DNA from: the human T2T-CHM13v2.0 reference genome, Homo sapiens
NCBI RefSeq assembly: GCF_009914755.1
Contig: NC_060941.1
Reading direction: 5' to 3' (one strand)
DNA length: 64,000 bases
Under the pieces are notes generated by a model. That model worked only from the letters and a program-made list of their open reading frames with translations, did not search any database and was not told the DNA's origin. Made by a program: the position numbers and the translations under genes. The stretch's first letter is position 1. Each line of letters opens with the position of its first letter. This document shows, in pieces, positions 1-54,852 of this stretch.

Positions 1-160
1 TTGACTCTATCAATGTCAATATCCTTGTTGTGATACTGTACCATATAGTTTTGCACTATGCTACCACTGGGGGAATCTGGTAAGGAGTTTACAGGATCTC
101 TCTGTATTATTTCCTACATGCATGTGAATATACAATTATCTCAAAATAAAAAGCTTAAAA
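1..160 (+). mobile_element. 3' end of an old L1 (L1MC/ME-type) with AATAAA at 145-150
   Basis: Typical L1M terminus ...tgcatgtgaatatacaattatctcaaaataaaaag followed by an A-run. Confidence 0.6.
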
Positions 161-609
161 AAAACAACATGCCTAAATACAAATTCATTATTAACTGGTT
201 CCAGTTAATCTCAGTTTGAGGAACAACCATTCTTCTAGACACCCAGGTTAAAAACCTGAGGTCATCTTTTACTTCATTCCTTCTCTTTCCTCCTATCCCC
301 CTCCCTACATATCTTTTTTTGGTTTTTTGTTTGTTTGTTTGTTTAAAGACAGAGTCACTCTCTTGCCCAGGCTATGGTCTATGGAGGTGATCTTAAAGCT
401 ACAAGTCTTATGTCTCAATCTCTGTATGAGCTACTGCCATATTTCAGGCACTTGTGATTTGCAACTTGCATTACTAATGCAAAAATACGCCCATATCACT
501 TTCTAGCTTAATGGCTTCCGTGATTTGCCATTCTTGCATAATGGGCTGGAGCTTTATATAGAGCATACAAGGCTTTTCATGATCCAGCCCATGAACTGCT
601 CAGGTTATA

Positions 610-2216
<1,607 letters not shown>

Positions 2217-2239
2217 CGTCTGTTTTTATGTATTGTGTT

Positions 2240-2380
2240 GTTTCTTTCTTTCCCTCCCTCCTTGTTCCCTTCCCTTCTCTCCTCCTCCTCTTCCCCCTCC
2301 CATTCCCTCCTCTCCCCTCCCCTCCCCTTCCCTTCCCTTCCTTCTACCTTCTTTCCCTTTCTTAGGTCCCAGCCTCCTTC
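2240..2380. repeat. CT-rich low-complexity polypyrimidine tract
   Basis: Almost pure C/T over ~130 bp. Confidence 0.85.
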
Positions 2381-2885
2381 TGTTAATTTATTTCTGTATG
2401 GAGAGCTTCCTTTAGCCATTCTTTAAGGGTAGGTCTCAACAAACTGTTTCTCTTCATCTGAGAATGTCTTCATTTTTCCCTTTATTCCTGAAGGCCAATT
2501 TCACCTGATAACAGGATTCAAGGTTGACGGTTTTGTTTTCAGCACTTGATAAGTGTTGGACCACTTCTAGATGGCCCCCATCATTTCTTTTACAGGTAGT
2601 GCAAAAATACAGTTTGAATTAGCATTCCTTCCTGGTTGTTTCTCCCTGACTGTTTTAAAGATTTCTTTTTTCTTAATCTCCAGTTTTTAGAAGGTTAATT
2701 ATGATGTGTCAGTATGGCTTTGGACTGTTTTCTCTATTTGGAGCTCAATCAACTTCTTGAATCTGTAGGTGTTTGTCTTCCACCGGATTTGGGAAGTTTT
2801 CAGCCATTATTTCTCCGAATACGTTTTAGTCTCACACTTTCTCCTCTCCTGCAAAGACTCTGATGATACAAATGTCAGTAGCTCT

Positions 2886-3435
2886 ATCACAGGATCCTTA
2901 GGGTGTCACTTCACCAGCCAGAAACCTCTGTGGCTAGTGGCATCTTCTGCCTGAGTATTGCTTGTGCCCGCTGGGCTTGTTCTGCCCACTCAGCCCAGCA
3001 GGCTGCGCTCAGCTCACACTACAGGCCCAGATCCCACACTTGCCAGGGGTGAGCCAGGCATGGAGTGGCAAGGCGTGTGTGGGCAAGTGAGCGCAGGGTC
3101 TGGCCACTATGCACAGCCAGGCATGCTGGCTGCTGTGGTGGGGTGGGGAGCTCAGGTGCTGGCACAGGTGCCAGCTCCATGCAAGGCTGTGGCTGGACCA
3201 GATGTACTGCACACGGCTTCCACTGCAGGCATCCACGCCTGGATGAGGGGAACGCAGTGGCACCCGGAAGCTTGGAGACGCCAGAAATCGCAGAGCCCGA
3301 AAGAGGGTGTCACAGCCCTAGCTCAGGGAGCTGCAGCTCTTCTCTCCTTGTCACCCACAACATGGAGAGTGGGGGTGGCGGCAGGGGGGTGTTTCAGCCC
3401 TATTTGTGTTACGGCTCTTTTAGCCCTGCCATTTG
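2886..3435. mobile_element. ERV1-type LTR fragment (MER52-like)
   Basis: Terminus tcacaggatccttagggtgtcacttcaccagccagaaacctctgtggc resembles MER52 LTRs; GC-rich body. Confidence 0.55.
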
Positions 3436-3494
3436 AAGAGGAGGAAAAAATGATTCTATACCGTCTTGTTCTGAAACCATAAGCCTGATGTTTA

Positions 3495-3870
<376 letters not shown>

Positions 3871-4283
3871 TCAATATTAACTCCACCAAATAGAGAAATG
3901 CTGCTCATTGGTTCTTAACTATCTGATTAAAAATGGGCTTTGTGCATATGCTGAACTCTGCAGTTATTAAAGAAATCATGAAGTGTTATTGTTTGGATGC
4001 ATAGTCCTGTGATTGGTAGCATAAATGATGTGATACTGGGTAAGTGGATACAAAATTTGATTGGCCACATGTTTTAAAGCATGTATTTGAACATACAATT
4101 GGCTAATATATCTGAGCACTGCCTGTAAATGACAGATGGTTCTAACTTTCTTGAACCCATCTTCCACAGGGAGTGAAGTGGATAGCAGGGAAGGTTACAA
4201 ATCAGTGGATTGAGAATGGCAAACAGGAATAACTCACTACTGATTCTGCCCAGCTGCTACTGAACACTGTCCTGAAAGAGCCA

Positions 4284-4389
4284 AAGACATTACTAATTGA
4301 TCACAGCACTCTCCTGTTGAGTTTAGTTGATCACAATAAGAGTGCTGTGATCACAATAAGAGAGTGCTGTGATCAATTAGTAATGTCTT
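4284..4389. repeat. Perfect 30-bp inverted repeat with 46-bp spacer
   Basis: aagacattactaattgatcacagcactctc (4284-4313) is the exact reverse complement of 4360-4389. Confidence 0.95.
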
Positions 4390-5257
4390 CCACCGGTTCA
4401 GGAATGGGCGTTGGCTGCACATATGCCACCTATTTAACACTTCCGACCTAGAAAATTCCTCTAGAGAGCACATCCTCTCTGGCTGTAGATACAGGCAGCC
4501 AACTTATCTGTTTGAAGACCCAAGGATTAAAAAAGGTCCATCTTGAGGGGTTTGTAATAAGGAGATTTATTAGTGTTGGGCCCAGAGTAATGGATGGAGT
4601 TTTTCCAACATTTTGCCCAGGGGCTCAGAACATATGGACTGCTAGTTGAGATGGGGCTTGGAATTACATTTACACACATTCCACCAATAAATATTTGAAC
4701 ACAGGTGCATTTTTTAACAATAGTTTTCTGCATGAACTGCAAAAATGCCTTCCAAATGACCTCTGTCTCTGGGGTCCTACCCTTCCTACTCCCATAAATC
4801 TGGTAGCCAACAAACAGCTGTAGACACAGCTTGTCTTGGGGATTAGGGGCTGCCTTGACAGGAAATAAAGCAAGGATCACTTTTTTTTTTTTTTTGAGAC
4901 AGGGTCTCACTTTGTTGCTCAGGCTGGAGTGCAGTGGTGCAATCAGAGATCACTGCAGCCTCCATCTACCTGGGCTCAAGCAATTCTCCCACCTCAGCTT
5001 CCCGAGTAGCTGGGACCACAGGGGCACACCACCATGACCAGCTAATTTTTTTTTTTATACTTTAAGTTCTAGGGTACATGTGCACAACGTGGAGGTTTGT
5101 TACAAAGGTATACATGTGTCATGTTGGTGTGCTGCACCCGTTAACTCGTCATTTACATTAGGTATATCTCCTAATGCTATCCCTCCTCCCTCCCCCCACC
5201 CCACGACAGGCCCTGGTGTGTGATGTTCCCCACCCTGTGTCCAAGTGTTCTCATTGT

Positions 5258-9069
<3,812 letters not shown>

Positions 9070-9132
9070 CATGATGTTAGCTGGTTATTTTGCTCGTTAG
9101 TTGATGCAGTTTCTTCCTAGCATTGATGGTCT

Positions 9133-10158
9133 TTACAATTTGGCATGTTTTTGCAGTGGCTGGTACCAGTTGTTCCTTTCCAGGTTTAGTGCTTCCTTCA
9201 GGAGCTCTTGTAAGGCAGGCCTGGTGATGACAAAATCTCTTAGCATTTGTTTGTCTGTAAAGGATTTTATTTCTCCTTCACTTATGAAGTTTAGTTTGGC
9301 TGGATATGAAATTCTGGGTTGAAAATTCTTTCCTTTAAGAATGTTGAATATTGGCTCCCACTCTCTTCTGGCTTGTAGAGTTTCTGCCAAGAGATCCGCT
9401 GTTAGTCTGATGGGCTTCCCTTTGTGGGTAACCCAACCTTTCTCTCTGGCTGCCCTTAACATTTTCTCCTTCATTTCAACTTTGGTGAATCTGATAATTA
9501 TGTGTCTTGGGGTTGCTCTTCTCGAGGAGTATCTTTGTGGCATTCTCTGTATTTCCTGAATTTGAATGTTGGCCTGCCTTGCTCGATTGGGGAAGTTCTC
9601 CCGCATAATATCCTGAAGAGTGTTTTCCAACTTGGTTCCATTCTCCCCATCACTTTCGGGTACACCAATCAGACGTAGGTTTGGTCTTTTCACATAGTCC
9701 CATATTTCTTGGAGGCTTTGTTCATTTCTTTTTACTCTTTTTTCTCTAAACTTCTTTTCTCGCTTCATTTCCTTCATTTGATCTTCAATCACTGATACCC
9801 TTTCTCCCACTTGATCAAATCAGCTACTGAAGCTTGTGCATGCGTCATGTAGTTCTCATGCCATGGTTTTCAGCTCCATCAGGTCATTTAAGGACTTCTC
9901 TACACTGTTTATTCTAGTTACCCATTCGTCTAATCTTTTTTCAAGGTTTTTAGCTGCTTTGCGATGGGTTTGAACATCCTCCTTTAGCTCGGAGAAGTCT
10001 GTTATTACCGATCATCTGAAGCCTTCTTCTCTCAACTCATCGAAGTCATTCTCTGTCCAGCTTTGTTCCATTGCTGGCGAGGAGCTGCATTCCTTTGGAG
10101 GAGAAGAGGCGCTCTGATTTTTAGAATTTTCAGCTTTTCTGCTCTGGTTTCTCCCCAT
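9133..10158 (-). pseudogene. L1 ORF1p (341-codon frame, MGRNQSRKAENSK...) broken by three TGA stops
   Basis: Manual translation; stops at 10012-10014, 9856-9858 and 9820-9822; C-terminal 225 aa open in the ORF track. Confidence 0.92.
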
Positions 10159-11048
10159 CTTTGTGGTTTTATCTACCTTTGGTCTTTGATGATGGTGACG
10201 TACAGGTGGGGTTTTGGTGTGGATGTCCTTTCTGTTTCTTAGTTTTCCTTCTAACAGTCAGGACCCTCAGCTGCAGGTCTGTTGGAGTTTGCTGGAGGTC
10301 CACTCCAGACCCTGTTTGCCTGGGTATCACCAGCGGAGGCTGCAGAACAGCAAATATTGCAGAACAGCAAATGATGCCATCTGATCCTTCTTCTGGAAGC
10401 TTTGTCTCAGAGGGGCACCCAGCTGTATGAGGTGTCAGTCGGCCCCTACTGGGAGGTGTCTCCCAGTTAGGCTACTCGGGGGTCAGGGACCCACTTGAGG
10501 AGGCAGTCTGTCCGTTCTCAGATCTCAAACTCCATGCTGGGAGAAGCACTACTCTCTTCAAAGCTGTCAGACAGGGACGTTTAAGTCTGCAGAAGTTTCT
10601 GCTGCCTTTTGTTCAGCTATGCCCTGCCCCTGGAGGTGGAGTCTACAGAGGCAGGCAGGCCTCCTTGAGCTGCAGTGGGCTCCACCCAGTTCCAGCTTCC
10701 AGGCTGCTTTGTTTACCTACTCAAGCCTCAGCAATTGTGGACGCCCCTCCCCCAGCCTCGCTGCTGCCTTGCAGTTCTATCTCAGACTGCTGTGCTAGCA
10801 GTGAGCGAGGCTCAATGGGCATGGGACCCTCTGAGCCAGGCACGGGATATAAACTCCTGGTGTGCCGTTTGCTAAGGCTGTTGGAAAAGTGCAGTATTAG
10901 GGTGGGAGTGTCCCGATTTTCCAGGTACCGTCTGTCACGGCTTCCCTTTGCTAGGAAAGGGAATTCCCTGACCTCTTGCACTTCCAGGGTGAGGTGACGC
11001 CCTGCCCTGCTCCATGGGCTGCAGCCACTGTCTGACAAGCCCCAGTGA

Positions 11049-11633
<585 letters not shown>

Positions 11634-11842
11634 TAATACTCTGCTTCATAATACATGTAAAGAGAATTACCATCATTTAATCTGACAATTGTGTAAAAAT
11701 ATTATGTAAGCAGCAGAAAATGCCTGTGGAGTGGTATAAAATGCAGAAAGAACATCATTGGGTGCCCAACCACTGTGTTCCCACACTGGAGGGAAAACCA
11801 CCTACATGGGGCTTTGAGACTTGATTAGGATGTCCACCATGA

Positions 11843-13072
<1,230 letters not shown>

Positions 13073-13349
13073 TGCAATTTTTTTTTTAAATCTGTGCAAG
13101 CTTGGGCACATTATTTAAACTGTCTAAGCTTTATTTTTTTTCTCGTTTGTACAATGAGATGATAAGAATCCTACCTTATTGGCTTGGTGTATTTATCAGG
13201 GTAATGTATGTAAAGGCCTTAGCATAGCATCCAGCACAGAATAAAGACTGTTGCTGGCTATTAATAATAAAAAAAAATTCTCTGAGCACCTAAGATATAT
13301 CATGAATCCTGGGTGATAATCATTTTTGCTCAGAGACAACCCATTAGGC

Positions 13350-14245
13350 CCACACTCTGGGTCTACATACTTTTATTCTTGACAGAAATGGTTTACAGTG
13401 ACGTAGCCATAGTTTTGACAGGGAGAGTCATCTGGTTTCCCAAGATCTAGCACAATGGGAACCCCTATGATCTCATGGCAGGGACTGGCTAGGACCAAGG
13501 CAACTGTCAGTAACAAAAGGGACAATGGATGGAATAGAACAAATCAAACAAAGCATGGGCTCGATGTTAGGAATCTGAGGGTATTTAGAAAGGGGAAAGG
13601 CAACCTTACATTCCTCGAGTCCCTGAAGGCACCACTGCAGTACAGGATAGTACAGTAATTCATGTTGATGGTGAAGTGTGCCTCAGCCTTCCAGAGAAAA
13701 TTTACGTATATTCACTATTTTAAAATAGGCAGAGAACCCGTTTTCTATTACCAGGCAAGCACTTCAAAAAAAAGGTTAAGATCAACGTTTTAGTGCTTGA
13801 AGACAGGGGAACTTCAGTTACATGTAAAATCCCCTTGGATAAAACAAGTTAGCTTCCAAAAAAACTACTAAGCGTCACTATGTTTAAAAAGCTTAAACAT
13901 TCTGCGAATCAGTACTGTATAAATTAACCACTACCACCCACAAAAGACAGTGGCTACTTAACTTTGGTACAAAGAATCAGGGTCAGCTTGCCTGTGATAC
14001 TTTAATAAATGAAATGTGTTGTTTTCTGATATGCCCCTTTCAAATCATGATCCAAAGAGGTGCAGTGAAAAACAACAGACAAAAACCAACAACAAACAAG
14101 ACTTCCCACTTATACTCTTCTCGATGATGGAATTTGTGGAGAATTCTCTCCCTCTCTGCGCTTGAGATTCCTTGATGGTAAAATGAGGGAGTCTGGACTA
14201 GATGATCTTCAAGGTCCCGTCCAGCTTGGATGTTCTGGGATAAAG
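13350..14245 (-). other. MPP3: MPP3 3' UTR (~0.9 kb), with a MIR-like fragment at ~14170-14230
   Basis: Between stop codon and AATAAA at 13372-13377; cleavage site estimated. Confidence 0.75.
13372..13377 (-). terminator. MPP3: Polyadenylation signal AATAAA for MPP3 (possible proximal ATTAAA at 14001-14006)
   Basis: tttatt on + strand, the first canonical hexamer I found downstream of the stop. Confidence 0.7.
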
Positions 14246-44462
<30,217 letters not shown>

Positions 44463-45316
44463 GCTGGCGTTGTCACCTCCCGACCTCTCCCTGCAGATTC
44501 TGGGAGAAGGGGGTGGAGGTGGGTATTGAAGCTCCATCAAGCATATTTATTGAACAAACTGACTACACATCTACTGTGTTCTCTGAGACCAGGCTGTGGA
44601 CAGAGAGGATGGGAACAAATAACTCTGCTTACTTTTTTCAGAGAGGAAGGAAATAAAGCTAAGATGTGCTGAGTGTCCTCGATGTGCCAAGCATTGTGTG
44701 GGGTGATTTCTATGATAAACTTTTTGTCTGCACAAAGTCCTGAGAAATGACTGCGAATGTTCCCATTTTATTGATGAAGAAACAGCGGCGTGGAAGCTTT
44801 CAGTAAGCTGTGGGTCAAAATCCATATTCAAGCAGGCTCTTCCAGGCTGGCCTTGGAGGTGCCAAGTGACCCTGCCTGACAGTGTCAGCTGTCCTCCGCA
44901 GCGCGCCCCCTCCACTGCAACCTTCTAAGAGCCCTGGCTCAAGTCTCCTGCTGGGACACACCTTCCACAACTACCTGGCTGGGCCTACAAGCCCCCTGTC
45001 CCCGACCCCCCAAGACCCAACCCAAAGGGAGCCTCCAGACTGGAGTGCAGAGAGGAGGGGGGGAAATGGGAGTCGGGCTTCCACTATGCAGGAGGGGGGA
45101 CCCCTATCTCATGAGGCCCTCCAAAGGTGCTCTGCAGCACGTGGACCTCAAAAAGTCCTCCTTAGGAAGAGGAGAAGGAGAGTCATGACTGATTCATTCC
45201 GCAAACATGGAGCCAGCCCGCAGCGCCGAGCCCCGGTGCCACTAAGAGGCGTAAGAGCGGCCCCGGGCCCTCCAGCCTCCGCCCCGCCCCGCCCCGCCAC
45301 GCCACGCCGGACTCAC

Positions 45317-45375
45317 CCTCGGGCTGCTCCCCGCAGGAGGCCGAGCACCGACTCCCGCTCGCTCTCCGAAGGAAC
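45317..45375 (-). other. MPP3: Probable MPP3 non-coding exon 2 (59 nt)
   Basis: ccttgttctcccacag acceptor and GG|GTGAGT donor inside the CpG island. Confidence 0.7.
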
Positions 45376-45656
45376 CTGTGGGAGAACAAGGAGCGCACTG
45401 GGCGCAGGAGCAGCGACCCCGGGGGACCTCGGAGGGCGGTCCCGGAGGACGCGGAGCAGCAGGGAGCGGGGGGCGCGCGGCGGGGCGGGCGCGGGAAGAG
45501 GGAGGCGGGGGCCGAGGGGCGGGGTTGAGACTCCCGCGGTGGGCTCGGTGGGCCGCGAGGCTGTCCGGGAGCACGGGAGGAGGGTCTCGGCCCGGCCTCC
45601 CGCCCCTCCCGCCGCGGCGCCCAGCTCCCTCGTCCGTTCCCCTCGCGGCCTCCTAC

Positions 45657-45730
45657 CTCGTCGCGCCGGGATGTGTGCTCCGCGAACGGGAGCCGCGCGA
45701 GTGCCCAGAGCCTGGGCCGCCGCTGGCTCC
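45657..45730 (-). other. MPP3: Probable MPP3 non-coding exon 1 (TSS approximate)
   Basis: GAG|GTAGGA donor at 45656 within the CpG island; 5' end not determinable from sequence. Confidence 0.55.
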
Positions 45731-47029
45731 GCCTTCCCGGACCCCTCCCTGCGGCTGCCGCGCCGGGCGGGGGTGGCGGAGCCTGAGGAGGCGCGGCGCG
45801 GGGAGGAGGCGCGGCGCGGGGAGGAGGCGGGGGAGGAGCGGAGGCCGCCCTCCGCGTCTGGCACCGCCGCACCCTCCGGGCCGGGCTCCGCTAGCCGGCG
45901 TCGTACCCGCTCCCGCTCTCCCGCTCCCTGAGTCCCCTGCCTGTGTCCCCCCGCACCCTGGCACACAGCCAGACTTCCCTTCCGCCCGCGCAACCCACCC
46001 TCCGCGAGTGGAGGGGTGGACACCTGCTCAACAGAGAATTCGATTTTGCAAACATTTATTGAGCGCCCTCCAGGTGCCAGGCGCTGTGCCAGGGGCCGGG
46101 GCTTCAAAGACGACCAAGGCACAGATCCTGGGTTTGAAGATCTCCAGAGGTGGGGCGGGGGGCCGGTCGGATGCGAGGGCAACTCGCTGTAACAATGCAA
46201 CGCGCTGGGAAAGATTTATCGGTGCACGCTGCCCTGGGGACGCGGAGCAGGGGAGGAGAAGTCAGGCTGGAGAGGAGGGGGACTCCATTCTGCCCGGCTG
46301 CAGGGGAGTGAGGCTACATAGCAGAGGCGAGCAGCATCCAGGGGCTTTACTGGAAAAAGAGCTCTGAAATGGCCATGACGATAACTGACTTATATTGTGC
46401 TGTCTCCATGCCCAGGTACTCCTCAGATCACTTCCCTTCACAGTAGTTCCTGATATCAAGACCATTCTTATTTTGGTTCTGCAATTGAGGAAACTGAGGT
46501 TCCTGGTGAAAGAATGTGTATAGGGGAGAGCATAGGAACTGCTGGGTGAGTGAGCAGGTGGTTGTGGGTATTAAAAGGTGAGGAGTGGGTGAGTGAGTGG
46601 GCCCCCTTCCCTCAATCCCAGCAGCAAAGAACGGCACAGCACATGTCAGGAGAGGTGGACCCAGAGGTTAAGTCTGGAAGTAAATCTAGCCCTGCACAGT
46701 AACCAGGGAAAATGGGTTGGCAGGCCCCACAGGCTGTAGTGCATGGGGAGGCTGTGAGAGGCAGCAAATGTCATGATGATGTTTCCCCTCATTCCTCAAA
46801 AATTATCCTCATTCCTCAAGAAATATCTACACTATTGCTCCTCAAAATGTAACGTGCCTGAGACTCACTAGGGGGTTGTGTAATGCTGGAGTGGTGCCAG
46901 ATTCTGAATTTCTGACAAGCTCCCAGGTGATGTGACGCCACTGGTCTGCAGACCACACTTTTTGAGTGGAGAGAGACTGCATGAGACACATTCTTAGCTG
47001 CAATGTTTACTGTTGGAAAAATAATGAGA

Positions 47030-52130
<5,101 letters not shown>

Positions 52131-52546
52131 GTCCAGAGGATATTTGGGCAAGCAGAATGGAAGAAAAGAGAAGCAGAGAGAGATGTTTAGGTGGATGAGA
52201 GCTTGGAGCAGGAGTGCTGGGAGAGGCTGCATCATAGGACAGGGCAGGTGCAGCCAGGGCGGAGTTGGCCCAGATGGCCGGAAGCTCAGGGCAGGAGTCG
52301 CCTCACCCAGCCAGGGCTCGGTCAAGGTGCTCGTTTAGAGCAGCTGCACAGGGAACAGGAAGATGAGCTCAATGCCAGAGGAATGAATGACTTTGGGTCC
52401 ATCTGGACAGGGAGAAGAGACTTTACCAAGCATGCTCTGGAAAAAAAGAGAATGCCAACGATCCTTGAAGAGGTGACAGAGAGAATCTGCTTCAGGCTAC
52501 AGGTGTGCATTGTCATTGCATTTGGCATTCAGCCCAGACACCATAG

Positions 52547-53141
<595 letters not shown>

Positions 53142-54446
53142 TGAGTCTTCTCATAGATTTGGTTATCTTTGATTATATATTAGATGGTATTTGAAAAAAC
53201 TACTTGTAAAAATGATCAGCTTAGGCTGATGCTATTTTCCTCCAGAAAGGATTTTTCACTAATATCTTTAAGGTACCCGAGGGTAGGGATGGGGAAGGTG
53301 CTGCCAGACAAGAGCCACTTTTAATTCAAGTTCAAAGCTTGAAGTTTCCTGGGACACCTAAATGACAGAAAGCTGGGTGGAAGTCCATGGTGGCCTGGTT
53401 TGTACAGCCTTTTGGGGTCCCAGCCTAATGTGACCAAAAATATGCCAGATTCCATTCCCTGCCCCCAGAGGGCCCTAGACTCCTAGTTCATCCTCTTCGC
53501 TGCTGCTTTGGAATCAGTAAATGCCCACAGGGAAAACAAGCACATACACTGAGCTTATCTTTCTGGCTTCCTGTCTACTTGCATGCAGACTTATGCCTGG
53601 GAACCCCCATGCTCTTTTTAGCTTTTCACTGCTTTTTTTTTTTTTTTAAGACAGTCTCGCTCTGTCACCCAGGCTGGAGTGCAGTGACATGCTCACGGCT
53701 GACTGCAGCCTCGACCCCTCAGGCTCAAGTGATCCTCCCACCTCAGCCTCCCCAGTATACTTTCTTTTTTCTTAATAAACTTTATATTTTGGAATAATTT
53801 TAGATTTACAGAAAAGTTGCAAAGATAGTACAGAGAGTTCCTGAACACCCTTTCCCCTGTTTTCTCTAATGTTAGCATCTTACATAATCATGATACATTT
53901 GTCAAAACTAAGACATGAACATTGGAATGTTATTATTAAGGAAATTCCAGACTTTATTAATCTTTCACTAGTTTTTCCACTAATATCCTTTCTCTGTTCT
54001 GGGATCCAGTCCAAGATAACACATTGCAGTTAGCCTTCAAAGTTTCTGAGAAGATTTGAAATTTACCTATCAGTAAACGTGGGCATTTACTGATTGAGCT
54101 CCTGAGGCATTACCAGTCTCCCATTACTGCCCTCCTCCATCATTTTCCCTGTCATTCCCCGAAGTAATTGGTTAACATAAAAAATTTGAAAGGGGCCGGG
54201 TGCGGTGGCTCACACCTGTAATCCCAGCACTTTGGGAGATCGAAGCAGGCAGATCATTTGAGGTCAGGAGTTTGAGACCAGCTTGGCCAACATGGTGAAA
54301 CCCTGTCTCTACTAAAAATACCAGAAAATGAGCTGGGCATGGTGGCACGTGCCTGTAATTCCAGCTACTCAGGAGGCTGAGGCACGAGAATCGCTTGGAC
54401 CCAGGAGGTGGAGGTTGCAGTGAGCCGAGATCGCGCCTGCTGTCTC

Positions 54447-54477
<31 letters not shown>

Positions 54478-54852
54478 AAGGGAGTTTTCAGATTTGTTTG
54501 ATGGAGAAAGTTGAAAAATCGAGTTTGCAACCAGCTAGGGTAGGGAAGCTGCGAGGAGACTAGAGGATGAATGTATGACGGAAAACAAAAAGCATGGTGG
54601 TGGTCTACACTGTGCTACAGCAACTAGCAAACTGCAAGATCTCCGTGGCTAAACACAGAAAAGTCTATCTCTTGCTCATTCCAAGTCCGCCGCACGCTTG
54701 GTGGCTGTCCAGGGCAGCTGTCTTCCAAGTGGTAGCTCAGGAATCCAAATCTTCCTGTCTTGTGGCTCATTTGTCTTTGCCGGGGACACGTCTTCCCCAC
54801 TCCTGATGTTTCCTTCCATGAGCAGAGAACCCCACTGGCACAAAACTCTTAG

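Larger units (their letters stand above)
45210..46250. promoter_or_regulatory. CpG island / MPP3 promoter with multiple GC boxes
   Basis: Very high GC and CpG density; CCGCCCCGCCCCGCCCCGCC at ~45279-45298; overlaps the first exons. Confidence 0.9.

Noticed and set aside
2958-3482. 174-aa ORF
   Set aside because: Lies in a GC-rich LTR fragment; non-ATG start and no protein similarity I recognise
4527-4910. 127-aa minus-strand ORF as a possible processed pseudogene
   Set aside because: Starts inside an Alu tail and matches no protein I recognise
44882-46367. Long overlapping ORFs (349, 329, 295, 229 aa) on both strands
   Set aside because: Arise from stop-codon scarcity in a GC-rich CpG island; low-complexity R/G/P/A, mostly non-ATG starts, no recognisable domain
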